This document shows positions 40,480 through 51,020 of a stretch of 64,000 bases of DNA, piece by piece. The stretch's first letter is position 1, and each line of letters opens with the position of its first letter. This DNA comes from Lama glama (taxonomy: Eukaryota): NCBI GenBank assembly GCA_028534125.1, contig CM052816.1:16308001-16372000 (forward strand), given 5' to 3'. The notes beneath the pieces were generated by a model. It searched no databases and was not told the origin of the DNA. It was given only the letters and a program-made list of their open reading frames with translations. A program made the position numbers and the translations under genes.

Positions 40480-42910
40480 AGCTGAAAATCTCTTTCTGCA
40501 AAAACCAAGACTCTAGTATTATTGACTTGCTTCAATTCTTAACTCACTTTTCTGACAGTTTTATCTCTCAGAAGAATAGAGAAAGGGGCCTCACTGAAAC
40601 TAAATTCTGAGCATCAAGAAGGATTTGTTTGGTAAAGTGAAAGTGTTGGGAACCTTAATAGAAAGTGACCATGTTTGGAGAAGCCAAGAGAAATGCAGAG
40701 TTTGGGGATAAGCAGATTGTAGAAGGTCCAGGAAAAAGGATGTAATATTTGGGGGAGAGCTTTGAAAGGAATGATGACTTATAGTCTGAACAATGAAATG
40801 TGCTAAATACTGTCACAAGTGATTACTGTAAGAGTCAGAGAGGAGACACCTAAACAGACCAGCATGGCCACATGGGGAGCAGTTAGAGTTGAGCTTTTGT
40901 CTAAGAGATGATAAAGGAGCCTATAACTAAGAACAAATAGAGAATAAGGGTATATTCCTCTGAGAACACTGTCTGGAGTACCCAGGTGGGTGGGACCTGG
41001 GATGCTAAGAACAGGGGACCTGCCTGGGTAGTTAATGTTCACAGTCAGAGGAATGGCAGGGAAGGCGCTGGGCCACCTGCTTCAGTCAGATGATTCAGTG
41101 TGGCAGATGACAGAAAGGGCGTCACCGTCCTCTCTTCTCTTTCTGTTTTGCCTCTAACCTTTAAGGGAGGGTGGCCTTCCTGAGAGAAAGAGTATAACAA
41201 ACATGATTAAGAAGAATATGAGCCCAAGAGTGTGAGGAAGGAGGAAAGAGCTAACAGCTTCTTCAAATTACTTAGGGTCTGAAAAATCAAATGAAAACCT
41301 AAGGACATTATCGTGAGACCTATATTTGTGTGACTCTTGAAGCATCATTGAGAAAGGAGCAAGGAGACGGGATAGTAACTGTTTTGGTTTTCAGATTAAC
41401 AGGCCAAGTTTTTGAGGATTTATTGATGAACATTTCTAAAGATAAGAATTGATCTTTGGGAGCTAGTGTGGGTTCCATGAAAATAGACTAGCTTAAAGCT
41501 TAATCCCTTCCTCCCTCTTGCCCTTCTTTCTACAGAATACTTGATGGCTTTTTAAAAGTGAATACACTCATGTAACTACCACCTGAGTCAAGAAATAGAA
41601 CTTTGGTCAGCACCCTAGAACTCTCATGCTCCTTCCCAATTCTAATTTCTTTTTTCAGAAAGATTTGTCGACCTGGGAGATTAGACTAATGTTACAGACA
41701 CAGAGGGAATCTGCATTTCAAAAGCACTTGTCAGAATCTCATGATGATCTAATAGATCAGGTAGAGAAATAGATGATAAAGACATGTGGATTTGTACCTA
41801 CTTGAACAGTCAGACTTAATAATGTTTGTTTATAAATGGTTAAGTGTCAACAGAGCGTTCACGTAGTGATGTGCCAAAGAGCTCATGTCAGACTCTGTCC
41901 TGTCCAGCCTGCATTCAGGTTCTTATGTGAGGACATGAGAGTGATGACATAGACTAGGAAGGCATAACCAACATGCTGGATACATGACAGAATGAGGGTG
42001 CAAAAGAATAGTGACAGGCTAGGATGAAGGGCCCAGGTAGCAAAGCGACATTTTTTTTTTAAATTGAGTTATATAGTCAGTTTACAATGTTGTATCAATT
42101 TTTGGTGTACAACACAATGCTTCAGTCATGCATGATTATACATATATTCATTTTCATATTCTAAAATGACATTTAAAATTTTGTTGTTAGTAAATTTTTA
42201 GTTTTATAAATAACTCATATTCGTTGTTTAAAAATATAAGTCTTACCACCCAAAAGCAGATACGATGTGTCAAGCCACCCATACCATTTTTAACTTGCTT
42301 TTTTCCTTCTGTACCTGTATTCAGGGCCATGTTGGGGGACCCTTGGCTCATCAGAGGATCATGTGAACAGCCTCCAGGCATTTGACCCTAGGCAGGCCCA
42401 GTGTAAGTCAGTTTTCTGACACTACTGCCAAAAACCTAGCTGTGCCTCAGGCATTAGGAGCAGATGACCCTGGTGCAGAGTGGCTGGGCCCACTGGACTC
42501 TGAAGGGTTCATTGGCCAAGATGGAGCCCTGTGGGTAAGGTGTGGGTACTTGGAGAAGAGTTTCATAGAGCATTGTCAGGACAGCAAAGGATTTCAAGAG
42601 TCACATGAAGAATGACTGCAGGATCCCATCACAGTAGGTTTGTGAGAGGGGAGGTTTCTCTGAGCAGTTGGCTGCTCTTAAGGTTCAAAAGGGCTTATTT
42701 GTCAGGGTAGGTTCAGGTGACTCTCTCTACTTAGAGAGGGCAGACTTGCAACTGAAAGCAGATTTTGGCTCAGTAAGGGAAGACATTTTTCTAGCAATTG
42801 GAAAAACTTAAAACTAGCATAAGGCTGCCATATTTGATGGTGAGCTCCCTCCTGCTGTAATCTTCAGCTGGGCAGCCAGTTATCAGAGGTGTTGTACTGG
42901 ATAAAAGGTT
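40480..42910 (+). mobile_element. Fragmented L3/CR1 LINE (ORF2 to 3' end) with nested younger inserts
   Basis: Segments resembling CR1 ORF2: ttctgacagttttatctctcagaag; ggaaccttaatagaaagtgaccatg; gtgatgtgccaaagagctc..tgtcctgtccagc; gatgacatagactaggaagg; 3' ggtgagctccctcc. Confidence 0.65.
42054..42162 (-). mobile_element. Short (about 110 bp) L1 3'-terminal insertion within L3
   Basis: Poly-T then gagttatatagtcagtttacaatgttgtatcaatttttggtgtac; TSD aaagcgacattt / aaaatgacattt. Confidence 0.82.
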
Positions 42911-43094
42911 GGGCATTGGGTCTAGTTGTCCCAAATGCTGGTGCTCACATCAATGCCAGGCCTACTGGTAAGGCTCATATGAGACATTTATGAAAATCAG
43001 GTTTTTGAGCCCTGTCTTCTGAAATTGTGATTCAGTATGTGTAGGGTGAGGGTTAGACTCTGTTAGAATTTTCAGAAAGTGCCCGAAGTGCCCC

Positions 43095-44230
43095 TTGGAG
43101 AAATGGCTGATTCCACAGCAGGTGCAGGAAAAGTACTGTTATCTTGTGCAAGAATATCTTGTGCCAAAAAGTAAGAATGTCCTCACAGAATGATGGAAAT
43201 GTGTCAAAAAGATACAGAAGGCAGTATGAAAAGGCTGTTTTCGGATTAAATTGGGTATAATTTAAATAATGATAGAAATGGATTATAACCCAATGATTAA
43301 ATAAGAATTCATCCTGATACAAATGAATGAATGAATGAGTGAGGAAGAAGGAAAACCTCTTTTTCAGATAGAGTGCCAATAAATATAGATAGAAGCAGTG
43401 ATGGAGTTTGAATATCATCATTTAACAGACATCATTGTATTAATTATTTTAATTAAGAATTATTGATGAATGACGAAACTAATGGGTGTAAATTTGATGA
43501 GGACCAGGCTGTCTTCATATCTCAAAGTGTCTCCCTTCAAAATATTTATTAGTTTCAAAGAGACAAAGAGTGTCTTTATAAGTGGAGAAATCTGGCAAAT
43601 ACCACTATGATCAAGTAAAGTGAACACAACCATTTGTGAGCCTCAGTGACATCACATGCCTCCTGATACGATTCACTGAGAAAGTTACAACATAGCTTTT
43701 GTGGCACTTACAGCAACATTCACTACCTCAATCTAATCAGGGGAAAATGTCAGAAAAATTTCGGCTGAGGGACATTCTACAACTGGCCTGTGCTCTTCAA
43801 AACTGTCAATGTCGTGAATGACAAAGAAAGGCTAAGGAAAGACATGTCAAGGTTAAAGGAGATTTTAGAGACATGTTCCTAAATTCATCATAAGTCCTGA
43901 TTGGCCCTTGGATCAAAATTATTTTCCTAAAAAGGATATTATTGGGACAGTTGGCAAAAATCTGAGTATCTCCACATCATGTATCAATGTTAATTTCCTG
44001 ATTTTGATAATTGTACTGTGGTTATTATGATCTTGGGAAATACACATTAGATACATTTAGGGGTGAAAGGGCATCAGATCTGCAACTTACTTTCAAATGT
44101 TCCAGGAAAAGAAAGTGTAAATATATAGAGAAAAAATGAAAAAGCAAATGTAGTAAAATTCTAACGTTGGTGACTCTTTATGGAAGTCCTTTTTTGTGTG
44201 ACTTTTCTTTACTTTTTTTTCTGTGTAGTT
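43095..44230 (+). mobile_element. L1MC/MD-like 3' UTR, apparently nested in a MER5-like element (about 42920-43090 and 44270-44320)
   Basis: ttggagaaatggctgattcc; gtggagaaatctggcaaataccac; gagggacattctacaa; gtatcaatgttaatttcctgattttgataattgtactgtggtta. Confidence 0.8.
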
Positions 44231-44390
44231 TTCTTTAAATTTTTAAGTGCCCGGTCTGAAATGATTTAAGGGGAGAAATGCCCCCATGTGACTGTGCTGC
44301 AGAGCGATGTTTAAGAGCTGCCATATGTCAAGTAGATTCTTCAGTGCCTCTTCCTCTTTCTCTCTCCAGAGGTGGGCAGATTATCACATC

Positions 44391-44428
44391 GTGTGTGTGT
44401 GTGTGTCTGTCTGTCTGTCTGTCTGTCT
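44391..44428 (+). repeat. Compound microsatellite (GT)n(CTGT)n
   Basis: Direct reading. Confidence 0.9.
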
Positions 44429-45394
44429 GGAAAAGGTCCTAGAGATACTGTTGTGAACATTATCACTGTGAACTGTGGGCGCCCCATATTTGCTTATGTG
44501 ACTGGCATCTGGTTGGGGACTGTATTTGAATGAGTCCAGTGATACTCCTTCTGAGTGTCCATGTGGAGCTTCTGAGGGCCCAGTGTGGTTCCCACCACAC
44601 TTAGGTGGTGCAAGGCTCGTTACAGGCTTGATGTTTTGTTTCTCCTGGGGACTTCACTTTCATGTGGAAGAGTTGTACGCAGCGTTTTTTTTTTTTTTTT
44701 TTTGGTGATCCTATTCTGTTTCTGTTTAAGTTGGTAATTATCCATGTCTTGATTGATTAATTGATTCCTTAACCCCTAGATGGCAGGCTAGATCCCTAAT
44801 GAACCTACCTGGTTCAGGAGTACACATCCTACAAACCCTTGTGTTTCACTGGTGATCAAGGCCACACACGAGGGCCCAGACAAGGTGAGGCCATCAGAGA
44901 AGGAATCTTTCTCTCTGGGCAAGAAGGTGAGCACACACATCATCAGGCAGGATCACAGATGATTAAGCCTGACCCTTGAGGTGTGCCCCTTTTCTGCCTG
45001 CACAGTATCTTCTCAGGGAGTGTTTCAGAGCAATGGCAGGTTTTTCCCTCTGTTATTAAGAGAATGGAAAGAAATAATAATTTCCTGCTTAGAAATATTG
45101 TAAGGACTCATGATAGCGTGTTCAGCAGTTTACCTGAAGTCTAGGTGCCTGAAGTCTAGGTTTGGACTGGGACTCTGGGTGACACAGGCTGTGTGCCAGG
45201 GGTTTCACCTTAGTATTTCCTCAGCGCCCATCAAGCCAGTCAACCTAATCCTTATTTTCCATCCTGAAGCTCTGCCTTTTCTAGTTTTTCTCCTTTTCCA
45301 CTGATCCAAACTCCCTTTTCAGCCCTTGTTCTAATTCATGCGTGAGCAGGATTTCTGTGCATTTCCTCTTTCTCTGCCCCTCCCCTGGTGCCAG

Positions 45395-45544
45395 CAGTGC
45401 CTGCTTCATGGACCCGTACATCGCAGAGGACCCTCACTGAAAAGGGCCTGTGCTCAAGTTAATGCTCTGCCCTCACCATCTTGAAATTCCTAGTAGTTTG
45501 GACAAGGACCCCACATTTCTGTAAACATTATGTAGCCAGTCCTG
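45395..45544 (+). mobile_element. MER53-like hAT MITE
   Basis: gcttcatgg...ttaatgctctgccctcaccatcttgaaattcct...ttatgtagccagtcctg. Confidence 0.7.
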
Positions 45545-48500
45545 AGTGCCAGGGAAGGAGGAAGGCAGCTCCTGAGTCTGAAGTGGGCAGCAGTCTCATG
45601 AGCCTCCTGGCCAGGCTTGGCTGTGCACCCTGAGATCAGCTCCACCACTTCCTCACTGCCCCCTAGACTCTTGTTCAGCTTGGTTAGCTAAAATATGACC
45701 TCTCACCTTTGGCATATTGCCCACGTCGGTCACCCTGACCCAGAGTATTTGATTTCTGCAAATGCAATCACTTCCATTTCTGCAGTGCCCCTGCCTGCCC
45801 CCGCCTCCAAGATTTACAGAGTAGCAGCTGCTGCTGTCCCTCTGCACACAGACAGCTGACTCGCCTGCTGATTGTGAACATCCCAGTAATCCAAGTGCTA
45901 ATGGTATTTATTCAGTCCAACTGGCTTAGCCGTGAACAAGGTTTATTCTCATTTATCTCATCGGAGACTAGCTGCGTCCTTAATACCCTTCTGTTGACTT
46001 TGAGCACACCAGCGCCACTGATGTCACTGAAAGGCATGCCAGGCCTCTGCTCTTTTAACTCACTCAAATCCCCAATTGTCAGGGCACCCACCTGCCACCC
46101 AGCAAGAAAGCCCCACCCCCATCACCAGGCTTGGGCTGCAGCTCTGGTCCTGTGTCTGTAGTCTAGGAGGGGGATGAGGCCAGTGTACATGTGCCTGGGG
46201 CATCTGGGCTGAATATGGTCTGGTCTCTTTGTGTAGCAAACCCACTGTAATTAGAATCTTTCAATCACAATGCATTGGCTGGCATTTTGGTATTCATTAG
46301 CTATTCTATCTTTAACACAAGGTAGTTTTAGCTCTGCCTCCCAGTGAGGAAACTGAAGTGAAGGGACTTGCCCAAGGTCATCGGCCATAGTTGACAGGAT
46401 TCTCACCGTAGGTGCTCCAGACCCTGGTCCTTGCACATTCCCTATTGCTCTGAGCTGTTTGGGGCATTTCCTCCCCCAAAGCATGCAGCACTGAGCATTC
46501 AAAGCCCAAGGCTGAGCTGCCTGGGGAGAAAGAGATTATGCCCTCCAGGACAGGTTGCTCAGTAAATTCCCTTCTCTTCTGTCCCTGCCTGGATGGACTC
46601 AGTGCCATCTGGAAGTGCTAGCCAGGTCTTTCCCACTCTCCTCCTCCTCCTTTTCTCAGCCACTTGACTGGGCATCACTAAAAGGCTGTTTTCAGAAGGG
46701 TATTGTGTGGAACCTCTGAGGGTCCCTGGAGCTAGTGAAGCCCTGAAGGCTCAGGTAAGGCTCAGAATTACGTGGGTTCCCTCACTCTAGCTAGTTAGGA
46801 GGAAAGGTTGCTTAGGGTATAGGCCCAGGGCTACTGATGTCGCACTTGGCCACATTCAACCACTTGACCACTTTTGATCCATGGTCCTGCTCTACTTACC
46901 CAGGTCCTTCAGGGCTCTACTACAGGTGAAAAGGTAGATTTATTGCCTTATGAAAATGATTTTGGCAAATGGCAGAAGCCACCTGGCTTTATCTTTCTCT
47001 ATCTGGTTTACTTCTCTTGTGTTAAAGCTATTCTCTCCTACTCTAAATGGGCTTCTTTCCTTGGGGGTAGGGTGGGATGGGTGAGAATGGGATGGGACCT
47101 GGCTACAGCATGGCTGTAGGTGCTGCTGGCTTATAGCAGCCTACCTTATGGAAAAGAGAACTTCTGTCTGTCTTGACTCCAGTGTAAAAGACTGAGGGCT
47201 CTGATTGCCCAGTCCTGGGTGACCACTGAGGCCATGGTGATGGGGAGCTATGATGAGGCAGCACTGGGCCACAGGCCCTCCCTTGTGTTCTGTGGGATTG
47301 GGACCCACCCCGTCAGGACCACAAGGAGTGGGAGAGGCAGCAGAGGAGAAGGGTGTCTGCCAGGTGAGGAAGAAGGGATCCTGGGCAGATAATGGACACA
47401 CATCACATAGCAGCACCAGCCTGACCTGGGAGTGGTGGGCTATGCCTGGCTCAGAGTGTCCCCCCCGCTCATCTCCTACCCTTCTTGGGGTCACTGTCCT
47501 GAGGAAGGCTGTCTTCCTGGGTCTCCCCTGGTGTCTGTGTGCGCTGGATGCTCTTGTTTTATGGACTGAGGTGGGAGGAGCAGGAGCAGGTTCCGCTTGC
47601 TAGGCAGCATCTGGGTCCTGTGTCACCCCTTCTCAGTCCCTGCCAGCAGACCTCTTGACCTGCCCTGGTGTCAGGTGTCATCTGCACTTCTCAGCCCCAT
47701 TTTCCATGACTCTTCAGGGCCGCCTTCCACTGAATGATCTCCTAGCCTTTCTGTACACGCTCCTGCTGTTCCCTGAGCACATGCTGTCTTCCTCACCTGT
47801 TAATCCCAGCCTCCTGCAGTCTCTCCTCTCCCAGGCAGCCCTCCTGGCTCTTCCAGACCAGACTCTCCTATTCTTTCTCTGAACCCACACAGACCTTACG
47901 TTCAGAGTCACCTGATCTGGCCTAAAGTAACATAGTCATTCATTCATTCACTCTGAAACCTCTAAGTGGAATATGATGGTGTGGTGTCTCTCATACATGT
48001 GGAGCCTGGCTTGTTCAGTGTTGTTGCATGGCAGAGAACATGCTTAGTGTCCCCAAGGATCTGTCCTACATGTGGGGCTTCTCTGAGGACTGCCTGGCAG
48101 TGCCTCTAGATCCTTGCTGGGGCAGAGTGCTGTCTGGCCCTCTCTAACCCACATCAGGTCTCCTGTGACACAAGTACCAGGAAAGCCTTATCTCTTCTTG
48201 GCTTTTGGCATCTTTTGTTTATTCTCATTGACTTATTCTTTCTCTGAAGGACCCTTGCCTACACAGTGTGTGTCCTCCCCTTTTGCCCCAGGTAGTTTCT
48301 TGTCTGTACTTTGATTTCTTTAGGGGTTTGAGTCTTCTCTCCCCTTCTACCAGGTGAGACCTGGATGGGCAAAGTCCTAGTCTTTGCATATGTCTCGCCC
48401 CTCCCCCAGCACTGCCTCATGTTGGTGACAGGGCTGCTGCTCTGCTCTAGAACTGCTCAGGCTGGGTCTCCTTGGAGGCCCCTCGTTTCCTGTCTGATCT

Positions 48501-50296
48501 TGTCTTCTGGGCCTGGTCAGGTGATTCTCATCTCTGGGTCTTGTTCTCAGCAGATCTTAGACTAGGACGAAGCTTCAGGTGCTGTCTTTGGAGGGCGTGT
48601 CTTTGCTGTTCTGAGGGCCTCTGGGATGGGCTCCCCGATGCTGCTCCCTGAGGCTGATACGATGCTGGACCTCGCAGTCCCCCTTCCTTGGGAGGCAGCA
48701 TTTGACATTTGTGTGAATTTCTCAGCGTGCTCGTCTTCTTTTCCTAGACCCTGCCTGTTGCGGGTGAGTGTTCCTCAGGCACATGATGGCAGAGACAGCC
48801 CTAATTAGCTCACGCTTTGATGGAGCAGCTGCCTTTCTTTAGTTGGGGGAACGGGGGGCAGGGGAGAGGCTCAGCTCCCAGGCCCCCTACATCAGCGCCC
48901 ACCTGCCTGTTCTGGAGAGGAGCTGTCAGCCTGCTTCCCCAGGGACCCCAGCCCATCTCCAGGCTGCTCCTCAGACACAAGTGGAATTGCAGTAGGACAG
49001 GCTGGCACACACCCTGCACGTCCTTTCTGCCGAGAGGATGCAGAGGGACACAGGTGCCTCCCATTTTACAGTAGGAAAACTGGATCTGTGTCTAAGTCTG
49101 CTTTGAACCTTGAAGCTGATGCCTGGTAGGAGAGGATGGACCACTGAGGACTCACTTGGGCCCCATTTCCATACCAACTGGTCAGCTCTTAGGGAGTGCC
49201 TGCTGTGCTGTGGGCCAGGCCCTCTCTTGTGAGCAGCAGTGTGCACTCTGATTACCTGCTTCCCCTTTCCTGGGTTTCCAACCGAGAGTCGACTCTCTCT
49301 GTTTTGTCTGTAGTCTGCCTCACTCTCCAGGATACTGTGAGGCCCCCCAGGGTTCAGGGGTAGGAGGAACAGGTGCTTCTGGGGTCTCCCAGGGTGCTTT
49401 TTGGTGGTTGTGCTGAGATAGGGCAGCCAGAGGCAGGTATAGACATGGTGCCCTTTGTGTGCTTGCTGTCTGGGTGCGCGTGACAGCCACCATCTGACCT
49501 CTGGCCTGGCCCCTCCCCTTGCTGCTGGTCTCAGGCTTTTTACATTCCCACCAACTTTCTTTTCTGAGGCCTCATAAGCTGCTGCTGAGAGAATCTTGAC
49601 CTTTCTCAAGGGCCTAACTATACGGGTCCCTGTGCTTGGCACTTGCTCCTTAATTGATGACCAATCTGATCTTAGAAAGTAAGATCATATCACCATGTCC
49701 ACCATCTGGTGCTCAGCCCTAGAGGAGGTCTCACCCTCCGGGCCCCCATCCTTTCATCCAGGACGGCTGTGCCTGAAATGTTCGACTGAAGCTCCTGAGC
49801 TTTCTCCAGCCCAGAATCAGGAATGGAGTTCCAGAGGCAGCTCTGGGTTTTGAGTGTTTCCATGTTGCTCGTTGTTGGTTGGTACAGTCATGGTTGTACA
49901 CGTGTGTTTATTTGCACATTCCCTATTGTCCAGGGCCCTACGACATGGCAGGCTCTGTGCTGAGCTCTGAGACACAGGGACAATCACAGTAGCTATTGTC
50001 TTGGAGTGGAGAGTCCAGCAGGAAGGCAGCTGGGTTGGTCCTGTTTTAGGATCTACTCAGGGATTCAGAGGCTCCCTGGATCTTGTTCTTTCTTCCTGCC
50101 TTCCTCCCACAAGCGTTTACTCTGTGATGTCTTTGTGCACCACCCAGGATGGCAGAGAGAGAGGAAGGGGTCCCTGGCCCTGTGCTCGAGGAGCTCCATA
50201 TCCCAAGGGGACCAGACCCCTACCTAACCTGGGTTGGTCACAGGCATGTGCCCCCAAGTAGGTGCGAAGTCATACTTTCCTGTGTGTTTCCCCCAG

Positions 50297-50393
50297 CAAC
50301 CCAAAGGTCCAAGTGGAGGCCATTGAGGGGGGAGCCCTGCAGAAGTTGCTGGTCATCCTGGCCACGGAGCAGCCCCTCACTGCAAAGAAGAAG
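50297..50393 (+). CDS. SIL1: SIL1 coding exon (exon 8 by human numbering), 97 bp: (S)[32 protein letters not shown]
   Basis: Pyrimidine tract and CAG acceptor (AG at 50295-50296); AAG|GTACGT donor. The peptide matches the mammalian SIL1 armadillo-like region as recalled. One leading base plus 32 codons puts it in frame with the next exon. Confidence 0.97.
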
Positions 50394-50855
50394 GTACGTT
50401 TCTCTTCCCTTTTTCGTACCCAGACCCCGGCACCTCTGTGGACCCTAAAAGGCAAGGGTCCCTTTCCAGGCTGTGCACATCATTCTTGGGGGCCTGACTG
50501 GTCATCTTCTAGGTGGCATAGGGCAGATGTCTCCATCCCCTAAAGCAGCACTACAGCATGCTGAGGCATCTGGAGGCCTGGGTTCAACCCATGGTGCAGT
50601 CTCAGCTCCAACACCCTGGCTTCCTGCCCTGGGCCTCTGTTTGTCCACTGGGTAATGTTGGAGGTGTCTGATGTCTCTCCTTGCTCTCACAGATCTGGGT
50701 CCTGGGGTATAGCTATACCTGAGGGTGGTAGGTGGGGCCAGGAAGAATGGGGGCTGGGCTGGGGAAATTGGGGCGCCTCTGGCTGCCTTTTCCTGGCCTT
50801 GGGGCAGGGCCAGATCTGTATGGCCCCTCACCCTTCTGGATCTCTGCCTCCCCAG

Positions 50856-51020
50856 GTCCTGTTTGCACTGTGCTCCCTACTACGACACTTCCCGTATGCC
50901 CAGCAGCAGTTCCTGAAGCTGGGGGGGCTGCACGTTTTGAGAAGTCTGGTCCAGGAGAAAGGCATGGAGGTGCTGGCCGTACGTGTGGTTACCTTGCTCT
51001 ATGACCTGGTCACTGAGAAG
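50856..51020 (+). CDS. SIL1: SIL1 coding exon (exon 9), 165 bp: [55 protein letters not shown]
   Basis: tctctgcctccccag| acceptor and AAG|GTGAGT donor; phase 0-0; peptide recognisable as SIL1. Confidence 0.97.

Larger units (their letters stand above)
1..50296 (+). other. SIL1: Large SIL1 intron upstream of exon 8; the preceding exon lies outside the window
   Basis: No upstream SIL1 exon recognised. T/G-rich sense-strand composition and repeat-rich. The orthologous human intron is recalled as tens of kb. Confidence 0.8.

Noticed and set aside
45133..45162. 15-bp tandem duplication cctgaagtctaggt(g/t)
   Set aside because: Two copies only; an ordinary slippage duplication, not an array.
48971..49642. 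223-aa minus-strand ORF
   Set aside because: No recognisable domain, non-ATG start, GC-rich intronic context; compatible with chance.
50706..50719. Perfect 14-bp palindrome ggtatagctatacc
   Set aside because: Several palindromes of this size are expected by chance in 64 kb.
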